Below, in pieces: positions 1-13,400 of a stretch of 64,000 nt of DNA. The notes beneath the pieces are model-generated. The model did not search any database. It was not told where the DNA came from and saw only the letters and a program-made list of their open reading frames with translations. Origin of the DNA: Phallusia mammillata (taxonomy: Eukaryota). The stretch's first letter is position 1, and the number at the start of each line of letters is the position of its first letter. The position numbers were made by a program, and so were the translations under genes. The DNA lies in contig OZ281500.1 in the NCBI GenBank assembly GCA_965637545.1, forward strand, positions 6,572,001-6,636,000, given 5' to 3'.

Positions 1-3000
1 ACAGGAGTAACTCAATGTGTTACAACTAATCGGAAGCTCATGGCGCCTCTCGTTGTAGGGGTCTCCCCGCCGAGGGCTTCTGCTGTACTGTCGCACATTT
101 ATCATCTCGTGAATGTGCAAACAAGGTCACAGAACAGTTAAATAACCTATAGTGTTAATTATCCCTGAATTGTTTGAAGTACTGACAAACAACAAGGTTG
201 TTTAAAAGCATACGTAATATGTTTTAGCTACCTTTTGTGTACATGGAGGTTTCAATGGACTTTCTCAACATAAAATAATCGTGACGAATAAATCTCATCT
301 TTATCTGTTCTCAGTATTATTTTTTACTTCCACTAAGCTATATACAGGACCAGCTAAACATTAAGTTAAGCTTTGAAGTCGCACTGCTTTCCAAGCTCCA
401 TCAATATCAAAGTCATATCTTTCATAATTTTTAATTCACATCGCTTTACGGCAACTACACCTAACCTGCGCCTTGCAGCAATGCGAACCAGTGTGCAGAT
501 AACAATGAAGGACGATTGTGCAAGAGTCGATTTCGTTACGAGCAAAATGCAATATTAATATGACGGTGAGAAGTATTAAGCCTCTCGTACTTCACTCATG
601 GAAACGAAAAACAGTAGCGACCTACTCAAGCGTCCGCCCTTAATGCCTTGTGTCGGAAAAAGCATTACCCACTGCCACGGTTGCCAGTGTGAGGCCGAGA
701 GCTGATCGATAAATCGCCTGAGCCGCCGTTGAACAGTTCGATGCCAGTTTTACACAAGAGATAAACAGCAGCCGGAATATTCACTTTATTTGCCCACCGT
801 TGACCCTATAATCCGGTATTATTTGATTTCAATACTGTATTGTGGATTAAACGTGTAGACATGTCGATAAAAATGTTCTAAAAAACAAGGTGCAGTTATT
901 GTAACCGGCGTAGTCTTACAAACTCGATAACATTTCGTAACAACCTGAATAGCCTTTTATTTACAAAAATCTTATGTGGTCAGCTTTTCGTCATCGACAA
1001 AAATATATTTTTATTTCGCGGGTTGGGTTCGTCATTTACGTTACCAAGGGGATGTTGTTTTGAAACAATAGCCCTGTCCTGGTAAAGGCGCGACGCGCAC
1101 ACATTAATAATGCACAACTTGTCGCGTTCCATTACCGAGGCGACGGAAAATGGCGTCACAATCTTTTTCTTCTTCCCGTGGGTTTTAGACGTGAGTTCGA
1201 CCGCTGTACTTTATTCCAAGCACATATTGTTACGAAATTTATTCGAAAACGTGGTAAAGTTTGTCAATGGGAATATTTTGCATGAAAGCAAATTTTATTC
1301 GAGCAAATTTATTGAATTATTTTTCATCAACGTTTTAACAAATGTAGTTGCGCTACCAAAATAACCAACATACCCATGTGATCGATGCGAGAGAGCATCT
1401 ATAGTCAAACTGCGTAAAATTTCCCACATAACATTTTATTCTCCGAGTGTCATAGTTTTTAAGGCATTTTCCTTATTTTTTGGGAAATCAGTTAAACATT
1501 GTGCCCGTTAAATTTGGAAATTTATGCGCTTTTTTAAGTTGTATGTGTGTTTACTGATTGTGAATAGTTTAGTACGATGTTAAACTGTTTTCAGGATCAT
1601 ATTCGTTGGTAATTTAATATCACGAGAATTTCTGATCTCTTTTAATTTAACAATTACCTCTGCACTGATTAGGTTTAGTGCTAACTTTGTAAATTCTGGT
1701 CATTAAATATCTGCTATTTGGTTTGCCTTCTATTTTTATTCCTAATTTCCATTAGCTTGGTTCATCCCTTGCTTTTCCAATACATTTGAAACCTCCCTTA
1801 AGCAACAAATCACAGCAGCCCCAACTCAAACTGTGTATCTGGCGTTCACAAACGCTGAACATAAACTCTATGCAAACAGTGTACACATGTTAACCGCTCT
1901 CCGGACATCTTGTAAAAAGCAGTTCGTATAAGGACCTTCCCAGTCGGGAACACGTTCGAACAAGGCTATAGCGACTGGGACTTGCTACAGCGACTAATAA
2001 CATTTGTTGGAGTTGCTCCCCAGGGGCGCAAGTTCGTTCATAAGGTGTATTTCAGTGCACTGCAGTGGCCGCTCCGAATCTGTCTGGCGACGGTTTGACT
2101 CCTATGTAATATGCTTTTGATTGCTTGGCCCCGAGCCCTTTGTTCGTTGGGGCAAACAAAGTCATCCGTGGTGCATCGCGCGTTCTGAGGTCAACTGAAC
2201 TTCCACATCAATAAATATTGGAAAAAATTCCATGCGGGTTTATAGGATTCGATTTGTTGACGTCAGTACTGAAAACAGTAATGCCTATTGGATTGTTGTT
2301 CTATAAACGTTTTAATTTTCTTCAAATACGTTTTGCAGGATAAAAGGTTTATCGGTTTTTAATACGTATAGTGGGTGTTTTGCTTCAAAGTTTAATACCA
2401 CCTATTGTTTGTTTAACGTTTATAATAGAAAAGTCACAAATTTGCTCAACGTTTCGGCTTCTGTACAAAATACTGCAAACAAGTTGAAGAAAGAAAACGT
2501 CTGAAATGGAGAGAAATGTACAATGCGTAATATCAGTGCATTTAAGTTTAGCGATTCCAGATTTTTTCACTTTGTTTACATCTCGAAAAGGTAAAAGCGC
2601 CGCTAAACATGAAATAGGTCTGTAACAGCGATACTGACGCCAACGCAAAAATTAAAACCAGGATTACACAAAACTGGAATGCAAAGAGGCTACGGACCAA
2701 CACGTAATATGCAGAGAAGTCATCGATTTAATACAAGCCAAAAGCAGATTACGTCGGGAATTCGAAACAGATCAGGAAAAGCTTTGGTTTGCAATGCAAA
2801 TACATACACAAACCAAACAAACTTGCGATCTTAAACGCTGGAAGCTTTAAAGTCAATCTGGCAAAGCGTTTTATGAGGAAAGTTCCCACACAACTGGTAG
2901 TTTGGTTGGTTCTTAAACTTGGTACTAAATCAAAGGTTTTACTTATTTAAATCCCAAGAATATGAATGCAAATAAAGGAGAACTAGTTAAGCCACCAGGA

Positions 3001-4555
3001 GGGACATTAAATTACACCGGATTTAGCCGTCGGAATTTGAAACAAATTGGCTGTTTACGCGTGAATGACTCTAACTAAGCATCGCCATCGATCACGCCGA
3101 CCCAGATGTGAGGGCCTGCAACGGTATAGTGTATTGAGCCCAAGTTCTAAATCCCCACTCATCTCGTTGCACAACAGCTCGGTTAAATGCCAGACTGCAT
3201 TAGCAGCGGTAGAATGATGGAAAGGTCGCTCGCGGGCCCGTCGAAATGATGTATCGTTTACACGCCCAAAGGTGCACCAGCAAAGAGGCTATTCAAGCAT
3301 GCGTATACACACAAATACAATCTAAACACCTTGAAGAGGGACAAACAGTCCGGAATGGAGAATATTCGGTCTTACACGTATAATTGCGTGTACGTTTGAC
3401 GGTTTTACCTCAGCACAGTTCTGCTGCAAAACAGAACTAACCACAAAAAGTCAAGTCTAAAAACTCGTCCAATGAGAGCAAAATTTCAAAGGGATCCGTT
3501 TAAAAATTGTGCAATAGGTGTAAAATAATTCTCTATAGCCTGATACAACACAAATGCCTGCGAAAGTTTGTTGAAGAGTCTTTGACCGCAGTAATGAGCT
3601 TGAAAAGCTGTTGAAACAATCATTAAATACAATTGCGATAAAGTATGCAGCAGGATTGTAGAAAACCATCAATCATCTACTGACAGACTACTAATATCTC
3701 ATTGCAGTAGCGTAATGCGACACTTCGGATGCAACACTATTTGTTATCAGGGCACCGTCCAATTTCCATTACCCCAAACACAGTTACCATGATAGAGGCA
3801 TGGCATGCTGCAATTATAAGGGTAATTTGGAGTGGTATTTCATAGACAGGCCGGGACGTGGACGCTCCAGTGCCCGTCGGTGACCAGTGGTTCGTTACTG
3901 AGTCAACATTGCCCGGTACTGACCACTGCCTGCTTTCGTCGCACTCGTTTATCAAATTAATGATGCATGTGACAAGACGTTGATGTCTACGGTCCGCGCC
4001 TTCCTTTATTAAACCAAAACAGTCAGGTTCTTCATATGCATTCAGACCGCGTTGGCCTGGTCAGCTAAGCTAAGGGCAATTAGGCTTAGAAGTGAAACGG
4101 TCCCGGCACATTAGAGATCGGCCAGTTTCTCAGATTTCCCTCGGTTACTCATTGACTGTTAATTTATATATATGTTTAGGATGGCTTTAACCAGACGCGA
4201 GCTAAAGGAAATAGTGCGTCTTTAGGTGTGATACAGACACCCCGACAACTGCAAAGATGCACGTACAGTTGATAAACGATAACAGTGCTAAGGAAACCAA
4301 GATGCAGCCACAAAAGACTGTACGAAAGACTCGGGGCTGTTTAGGGTCACACAAAAATCACTTCACTCTAAAGACACCCAGCAGATAATATTATAATATT
4401 CGATCCTACATTGTACACGTAATCAACCTCACTCTAAAATGGGTTTTCATGTCATTACCCAACGGTCAATGATGGGTATATAATACAATACGGCTTATAA
4501 AAAAAAGCGATTACAGTTTTACTAAGCGAGTCAACAAACAACTAAAGCTTCTTAC

Positions 4556-4734
4556 CTCGTGGTCCGCTGCTCTGTCGGAGGCCGTGCTCAGGTACTTTTC
4601 GTCAGTGGGTCCTTTACCGTGAAAGTTCACGTTTGAGTTCTCTTTGTAGGCGGCACTTTGTGATGCAGCAGCGGTTGTGCCTTCATCGCGGGACGACTGG
4701 TGGCTGACTCGGCCCGGTGGTTCGGTGTAAGCGT
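4556..4734 (-). CDS. Candidate internal coding exon of an unidentified gene
   Basis: GC-rich open frame AYTEPPGRVSHQSSRDEG...RAADHE, bounded by ctcactgatgtgtgtag| and a consensus donor GAG|gtaag. An in-frame ATG lies at 4744. No family recognised. Confidence 0.35.
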
Positions 4735-6224
4735 CTACACACATCAGTGAGGGCGGAAGTTAAAACGGATCCGATTTCAGCTGGCAACAGCACTAATAAG
4801 ATATCCCGTGTGGCATCGGCATAAACGCCCCAAATTTACAATAAACCTGGTCACAATATTTTTGTAACGTCTAGGGATTTTTATGTAGACAGTTACAAGA
4901 CTTAGAAGGCGCGAAATTGCCTTTAGCCGACGACACTTACAAGTAACACGACCCTGTATGATGCTATCATTTGTCATTTCGACATGATACACAGCACCGT
5001 GGGCGAACCACAAAGACGAAGGTTCGGGATTCAGTTTGCTGTTACCAACCGAGACGCAGCTGCTGGTGTGCTTACGTGAGATTAGGGTTTAATTTTAATT
5101 CATGCGAAAATTTACATTGAGCTCTTCTTGTGCCTGTCTTATTGACATGTCCGTTGGTTGTTAATTATGGACGTTATAGACAACCAAGGCACATTTTAAC
5201 CGCAAAATAACCAAATCTCTCCAGTACGTATGTAACGTCTTATGTAACGAAATACGACAACATGTATTGGTAAAAGGGTATGATGGAAACATACGTGACG
5301 TTTGATCTGTTAAAAACAATATTATTGTTCGTTTTTAATAACTTGAGTAAAAAACCCGGACTTAAAGCTAAAGTATAGGTTTCAAGCAAAAGTTAATCGA
5401 AAATTGCTGAAAAGCAAGCTGATTGAAAATGTAGGTTGACCTACTACGAGAGCTTGATTAAGTAAGCCGCCAGTTGGAACATAAAAAGACAGCGGATGTC
5501 GGGGAAGGAAAATTAATAAAGGATTGGGCAACAACGCTATTTCGAAAGTTCAACGCCGGCAACAATTCTGTACAGGGATTTACCTGGCCAATATGTCACG
5601 TACTCGCAGTGGGTTGAGTTAGGACGGAAGTAGAAAGCTGCAAAAAGCATAAGCGCGATGAGTGAAAGTTATTGCCAGCCATACAGATGAAAAAAGCTTT
5701 CAAACAACAACATGCAATATATATCAGATATTAAAAGTCACACAACTCCCAGCAACGCGTTTACCCGAATACGTACAACATCGATCGCGCTTGCTTCTGA
5801 CTGATGTCATGGTCGAGAAACATGGGCGCAATATGACTTAGAGATATTACATTTCATTCGATATCAAATTGTCGTATATGGCAGTTCTGTAATTTTGTGT
5901 TGCAGTGTGCTTCGGAAGAAAACCTGATCACACAGATACAAATTAAAAAATTTAATATTTCTGTGAGGAATATTAAGTAATGGTATAGATCAGGTACTTA
6001 CTAAAACTGAACAAAAACACGTTTTATACATGATTAATTTGACGTTCTTTAAACAACAGTGGATTTGTAAGTGTCACATTAGGGCATAAGACCATTTTAA
6101 CTGCCATGTTTACCAGAAGAAATTGTTCCCGCAATATAGGTTGCGAACAAAACACGTTTCTCAACTTCTAATGTACACTATAGGGTAAATTTCTTGAGGT
6201 TTAAAAGTTGATTTCTCCACTCAG

Positions 6225-6416
6225 GTAGGGTCGCGCCTCGTTGACAACAGACGACGCAAAGTAAATTACTTCACCGCAGCAAATACACCAAAATCCGGCG
6301 GAACGCAATACACCCTTCGGATTGCACCAGTGACCAACCGAAGCGGCGCTAAGAGGTCCTCGGGTGCTACCTATACCGTCTACAATGGAGTGAGAAAAAT
6401 GTCGACGCTATTTTAA
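6225..6416 (+). CDS. Candidate coding exon of an unidentified gene
   Basis: Acceptor ttgatttctccactcag| followed by 63 open codons (VGSRLVDNRRRKVNYFTAANTPKSGGTQYTLRIAPVTNRSGAKRSSGATYTVYNGVRKMSTLF*), with an alternative donor GGA|gtgaga. Missing from the ORF track because it has no early start codon. Confidence 0.3.
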   Translation, partial: VGSRLVDNRRRKVNYFTAANTPKSGGTQYTLRIAPVTNRSGAKRSSGATYTVYNGVRKMSTLF

Positions 6417-8731
6417 GCTATGTCGGCGAGTGCCCGCCTAATGTAGTGTGGTTGACATTGCCAAGTGCCGTGGAACAACAACAATCGGTCGCCATTACAA
6501 AACACAAACAATTGAATCGGTGTGATCACTGCCGCCGCTGTTACACAAAGCCCCTGGCCCTGAGTGGGCGCCATGACGTCATATGGTTGGGTGTTCACGG
6601 CATATTGGACTCAAATAGAAATTTAATGTAATCCGTCGAATTTGTGTGTTAGACTTGGGCGGGAAGGGGTTAATGGGGTTACTTGTTCATGTTTTTGCAG
6701 GTAGCTGGTGGGATTGCACACAGTGTCAAACACAAATTAGTATTTATATAGTTTATCTATCTCTTCTGGTGCAAAGTGTGAAAGAACACATTTTCCAAAC
6801 CTCTTTTTTATATTTTGGATTGGGTGCGCAAAGCTAATTACCGTGGCTTGTGTAACACCGTGAGATTTTTTAGGAAAACCTTTTTAGGAAAGGTTTGTAT
6901 ATTGGTACTATTTCGAACCGTATTCTTAGTTGGTATTTCACCACAAAACTGGATCAAGTATCGCACCTAAATGTACAACAGGCAGCAATCCCAACGTTGT
7001 TAATCACGACCCGTGTATAAACATCTACATCTTAAAATCTTTATAGACAACAACAAGGCATCGATATTCTCTTAAGGGTGTGTAGGGGTGCTTCGCCCTA
7101 AGCCCAAGAGATTCGCTAACGCGTGAACAAGTGGCGGCTGGCCAAGCCAAGCGGGGGAAGCAATGTCAACACACTCGCCTCTCCGAACACCTGGCCAGAA
7201 GAGCCTTGGTACAGAGCATCCTATGTACAGATCGCTGCACTCTTGAGAGCTAATTTGCTCTTATCTCGTAATAAATGGCAAGGATTGGTGTTTGTTGTTA
7301 CAACGGTGGAACTGCCCTTGCCTTATGGGCGTTGTATAAGTGATGGGGACACAAAAACTGCTAAAATTTTAGGCAAAAAATACTCTGTACTCTTAGAATT
7401 CTTTCCCCTGGGCACGCTTCTACAGTTCGTGTACATTCGCAAAAATGACTGCCGAAAACTATTTAAAAAATGTATCCTAACGCTATACCATGGAGAATGG
7501 CTACCACAAAAGGGTTGGTAACTTTAAGAAAGCATGAAAAAAATCATTTTATACTTCCACTCTATACTAGTTTTTCGGTTATAATAAACGGAATTTTATC
7601 CAAAAGACTCAACTTGCATCTGTTCCCAAAAAACGGGCAAACCTCTTTTGCAACAAACATTGACATTTGCAGCTCATAACCTGTATGCATTCGCCTGTTT
7701 ATCTCAATCCATCATCTACCTCCGTGGTGGCCTGACGAAGATATGACACAACTCTGGCATTCTCTCGTCAATCACCACGAATAAGCCAATCCATCAAAAC
7801 ATAGATGAATTATGGATATATCTGGCTGAGCCGCGATGATCGATTAATTGCATTTTGGACGCTCCATTATCTCAACGCCACAAAATCCTACACAAAGGTG
7901 CATATCCTGCTAGAAAGTCTAGCTTTATATCCAAAGACGATTCCTTACTATGTGAGTGATATGTGCTTGAATAAAACATGACGGCTAGGAGGTGAATTTA
8001 ATTGCGGCTTTGCGGTCTTTAGGTGCGATTACAGATACCGTTACAGTGGATCCTTTCTATCGATTTCATGACAAAATTTGGACGAAAATTTAAGGGCTAC
8101 TGTATTTTAAGTGGCCAAGGCGTGAACATGGGTGTGTGTTATAAATCAGGACAAAAGAATTTGAATATCTAAGAAAAATGATTTAAACAATATCAGAACA
8201 GTTCCTCTTACATTTATACATGTGGAAGGTTTTATTGAATTATTCACAATGTTATTGTATATTTTCTTTCGTGCCCTGCTAATTAACAAAACTGGAACAA
8301 ATTTAGTTTATTGCAGACGTATTGTATTGGTTATTTGTGTATCCTGTTTAATATAAGTCAGCCAAATTTTCTCTACTCTGTTTCACGAGAGAAACAAACA
8401 TACGCTCTTTTACGCAAGCGACAAACCCCACGCCAAGAGAAACATTTCAAATATTCATGAAACCGTTAGGCGCTTGTCACTTCTTGAATTTGCCAGTCAC
8501 ATATTTTCATGCAATATTGAAAGGTCGTGCACATGCAAACACCACAATCAAGTCTGGACAAGCTATGCATGCAAAGTTAGATGTAGTAAATGAGATACCT
8601 ATAGTAAACAAGAAACTCTATTAAACTTTTCAGTAACCTGGACTGGAGCTCTCCGATCCAGTTGCTCGGATCCGGTTTGAGCCTTCACTATCCATGGATC
8701 TTCGTTTGGTTGCACTGCCACTCGCGAGCCC

Positions 8732-8782
8732 GGAGTCCGTGCTGTTACTGCGAGTATCCGGGTTCGAATCCCGCTGACTCCG
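8732..8782 (+). other. tRNA-derived fragment lacking a D-arm (SINE head or tRNA pseudogene remnant)
   Basis: Acceptor-like stem GGAGTC/GACTCC; anticodon-like arm CGTG-CTGTTAC-TGCG (loop centre GTT); T-arm CGGG-TTCGAAT-CCCG containing a B-box. No A-box or D-arm. Confidence 0.45.
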
Positions 8783-10056
8783 TGTCGGTGTATTTTCAAT
8801 TGATAAGCTGTTGGAAAACTTGCTTCCAGACTGATCGACTGGTGTTTTTTGTTTTGTAAGTCTGAAGTAAAAAGTGTTATAGCTTTACTCATTTACTAAA
8901 TCGGTGGTTCTTAACTTTTTAGCTTCGTTACCGCTGACAGAACCAGAAATGTTTCTATATTTACTTCTTTTTCAAAAAACGTAACTATTATGTCACAAAA
9001 GGATGACGTCACATAAATAAAACATGGCATTGTAATTAACCCTTGAAGAAGTTAAATTACTCACAAGCTGGGAACCAGTAGTGTTTAAAATTAAAAAAAA
9101 AATGTTAGATATAGTAGATAAAACAACGCACTGAATTTTTAACAAACTTTTTCCCACCTTGCTTTGACTTTGACCTGGCCCTTCGTCGCTGGCGATTCGT
9201 CACCAGAGACGCATTTCACTGTGTTGACTTCTTCGTTAGATCCAAAATCGCTGGTACGGTCGTAGGGCATGTTGCTATAAGCTCAAGAGACTTGCGTAAT
9301 CCCCTTGGCGTTGATGCTAAAGCGGACGACCCTCACAGCAGTTTCCGATGCATTAAGTGGAGGAGTGCTTTTGTTTTGTTTAAGATAATCAAGTAGATTG
9401 CAATGTCAACAATTCGCATGTGTGCTTTGGAAATAGCAGTTAGATTGTCATGGTACGGTAAACCTGATTTGGTGCTAGAAAATATGAAAAAAACAAGTTT
9501 TTTGTTAAAGGCACATATTATTCATAAATATTCTACATTACCAATTCATAAAACCATGTTTGTATTTACTAATAAAATTGATTTCATTTCTGGATTAGAG
9601 GTAAAAACCTATATGACGTGGACAGTATAAAATTTATATCCACAGCGCTGTGACAGCACATGCTCAAATACATTTCTCCGTCAGGTGTGCATCCAACCAG
9701 GTTATACGCTGCGAGAAAGCTAATCTATCGTGATCAGCAATTACTGAGGAATCAACAGTGATAAGAAGGAGTATTGCGCGTCTCATTAACCCCAGGTATA
9801 TCGCTAAGGTGTGATCTCGTTAGCGTAAAAGCGATAAGCAACAGGTGTAGGTTTGAACAGGGCTAATTTGAAAGTTGACTTTAGCACACGATGGAGGGTA
9901 TTCGCTGCGGGCGTCTGATGTTAATTACATACTCCATAACCCAATAACGACGCTTTTAGCAAGCCGATGTTAATCAATAACATACCTAGGATGCTGCAAA
10001 CCTATCACACCAAATCTGTTTTATCATGTAGGTTATAGGCATATTATACCTATAGC

Positions 10057-10438
10057 CAGGATTGCCATGCCGTCCTTATTTCTAAGATTTGTCCTTATTT
10101 TGAAGGGCTGTGTCAGAAAAGTTCATTGTCCTTATTTCTAAGAAATGTCCTTATTTTTGACTGTAATCCCTATTTTGTCTTATTTTCAACAATTACTATA
10201 GTCAAATACCTGCTACATAGATAGTGAAACTATAGACCCGGCCTGTTGTGAGATGCACTAAGTATTTTCTATGAACAACCAGTTGCTGGAACAGATTGTT
10301 TCTGGCCAAAATATTGCAAATGATATGCCAAGACTCGTAAAAATGCAAAGATTTGTACAAAAACGTTTGTTTCGTTTCGCATAAAAAATTAATTTTTCGG
10401 TTGTCCTTATTTTTGGTTTCAAGTCGATGGGAACCCTG
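10057..10438. mobile_element. hAT-type MITE (382 bp)
   Basis: TIRs CAGGATTGCCAT / ATGGGAACCCTG (10/12). Perfect 8-bp TSD CCTATAGC at 10049-10056 and 10439-10446. Subterminal GTCCTTATTT repeats (four near the left end, one near the right end). Confidence 0.88.
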
Positions 10439-13400
10439 CCTATAGCCATATCTCATTTAAAATACCCGCAATTGCTTCTAACAAAAACGAAACAAAACGG
10501 TCCGTTTGTTCAATTTTGTTTGTAAAATACGCTCTGAAATAGAACTAAAAATATTATTTACTGAAGTCAAAACCTGGTTTTTAGTACCAGCTAAAAGTTA
10601 CGCGATCATTGACCGGTGGTAACGTGCTATATCCATAAACATTACACGGTTTTATGTTAAGTACGGGCGTTCACCGCAGTTTCACACTTAACCTTAACAC
10701 GGTGGCAAGATCAGACGTACTACAAAACGGCAACAAATCTGTTTTAACTAATCGCGTTAACCTTCATTTGAATGTATCAATTTCGACTTGAAACGACTGC
10801 CTGTGTTGTAGCCTTCAATTACGGTCAGCGCGACGGCATGTTTCCCAAGAGGCTGTCTTACATAGCAGGTAATTAGCTTTGTATGTGACTGACCCCTGGA
10901 ACTAATCCGTCTGCGCCGATGATCGGAACCAATCACAACCGTGTATTATTTGCGGATCACTTTTTGACCGCCTATGTGCCGGTGGCCCCGAACCAGCGAG
11001 AACCAAGTGGCCAATCTGCTGCCGCGGCGTGCAAGGTCAATTGAGGCTAAACGGACAATACAATTTTACAAGGCGTTACATTTGCTCACAAGTATATGAT
11101 AGGGCTTAAGGCGTGTTACGTCAGGTATGCCAAACAAAGAGTTATAGCAGTTCAAATCAATCAAACGAAAAAAGTTTAGGTGTCTTTAGGATAAAAACAG
11201 GTGTCATATTAGCCCTCACTACATGGGCACATATTTGCATGTGCGCTTTCATTTAAAAACAATGCAAAAACTGTGCGTTTACAGACAATCCTAAATAACC
11301 AGGTATATATATCGCACCTTTCTGACTGTTAATTTTTTTGTCTCTTATGACATTTCTGTCATGCAACCTAAAATTTCAAAGGCCTTAGCATGTAGCAATA
11401 AAGAAATTCGTTCCGCAAAATCACGCTAATCCTCAGCCTACAAATGCCTAACAATCCTAAGTTCTTTCTCCACACCATGAAAGCACAGTCGCTTGATCGA
11501 CACCGAATACCACAGACAGGTCAGATTTTTACATGGTTACGGTTGCGATACATCCCATGATCGGACGTAAATCCTCCGGTGGCTTAGGCCGGTTTGACGC
11601 ACTACGTTTATTTTACCAACAACGGACGTGGCTCGCTGCTGTGTTTTTAATATAGGAATTTAACTTCACAGAATGACACTGTTTCGCTACAAAACATTGT
11701 GGATATTCAACATAAATAGCAATACATGGGGAAGACCTAGTAATTACCTGAGCGATTATATTAAATTGACTGGCGTTGTCAACGATTTGTACAGCAGTGT
11801 AACAACTATAGTAACCTCTTGCTTATAGTTAGGCTGCGGTTGTTTACTATCAATGACCAGATAACTTAAATAAGTACAAGCTGCCTAAAAATAATGCCAA
11901 AAAAATACAAAAAAACAACAGTACATCTTTTTGCTCTTATAAAAACTTAAACCAAGAAAGATCGCAGCGACCATTGACTACCATATATACTGATTAGCCT
12001 TAGCTCTGCACATGGTCCTTGAAACAATAATAATACGTTCTTGCAGTCATTTAGGTAACAACAATCGATATAAGCTCAGCTTTCAATTCCAGAACACGAT
12101 TGCCGCTAATCCTTGCATCGTTAAAACGTCCACACGAAAAGATTTAGTCTGACACTCGAGAACAACAGTTGCTTGCGCTGTAAAACTGGAACGTCAGAAA
12201 ATTGTCACCAAACTAAGCGAAGACGGCGTCAAGTTGCCTTAAAGATCAAGTTGCTCGAGTATTGCAAGCGATTTGACGCAGACAACGCTACCGGTAATTA
12301 CGGCTTACTTCAGAGAGCCAGACGATTCAATCTTATATTAAATCATCTCTAGAGCTTAACGCTTGTCTTCAGTGGCTATAAGTGCGGATAGTCCTGCACA
12401 CCACATAACACTTGAACAAATAAATCCAGAATATCAACTTCCATTTGTTTCCACCAAGAACTGTAATCCAAGCCTGGCTTTAAAGTTATGACTGACTGTT
12501 CTTGGGGAACTTACGTTGTCTTGCGTAAAGAATGGAGATTAATGTAGCTTACCAAGTTTCTGATGCATACTTAATTTCGAACCTTTTTCAACGCGTTCTT
12601 CCTCTCGCTATTGGTCCAAAGCTAAAATGTTTTCCCTTCCTTCAGGCACGTTGTGTAACAGACAGAGAATGGATTCCACGTGCGTGCCAAATATGCAATC
12701 TACTTGCCGAATCGGCTTAATTCAGATCCGATGACAAAGTACCCTGAAGGCTTGCAGAGCAGCTGATAAGTTAAGAGATTGCATCAGGTGAGCTGTCCAC
12801 CTTTTTTGTTTTGCCTTGCTTTTCTCGACACGCCTAACACAGGCCATCAACAAATTAGCCAGTATTAACAAACACGCAAAATAATTCAAATAATTAAATT
12901 CAAAAAAAGAAAAAAATCAACAAATAAACACGGCTTAAAACGTTTTGGCATGAACTTGAAATATTCAACAACAGATGAGGCTCATAACAAATGGGAGACT
13001 ATATGAGCTAGTTGATAAATTTCCCAAGCAACTCAATTAAGCACCAGGAGCATTTGATATATTGCGTCGGAGTTTTTTCAAACCAAGCGCAGATGTTTCA
13101 ACTTGAATACAAAGCTGATTGCGAGCTGTGATAACGATCAATGCGACCAAGCCGACGGACCCGGAGGCACAAGCATGCCTTGCGTTCGCGTCGTATTGAT
13201 ATAAACATCGTCCTTCAAATCAGTAGGCTAACCGCGACCTGCTCACAACTAAGTACTATCGGCTTCTATTTATAATTTTGCAGCCTTGTTTGTTTCATTG
13301 GTGGCCTATAATGAAATAGAATGGTAAATTATTAAGTGCAGGGTCAGTATGAACAATCGTGATTTGTTTTGCACGTAAAAAGCACTATGATTTTTTTATC

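Noticed and set aside
1150-1200. AAAATGGCG (YY1-like) plus GTGAGT donor as a first exon
   Set aside because: The ATG frame closes after 12 codons and no supporting downstream exon could be linked.
7123-7521. Longest plus-strand ORF in the left half (132 aa)
   Set aside because: GTG start, no recognisable motif, no convincing splice signals, and the 3' half runs into AT-rich repeat-like sequence.
8902-9080. hAT MITE with CGGTGGTTCTTAAC / GCTGGGAACCAG ends
   Set aside because: Ends are too degenerate and there is no TSD; at most an old remnant.
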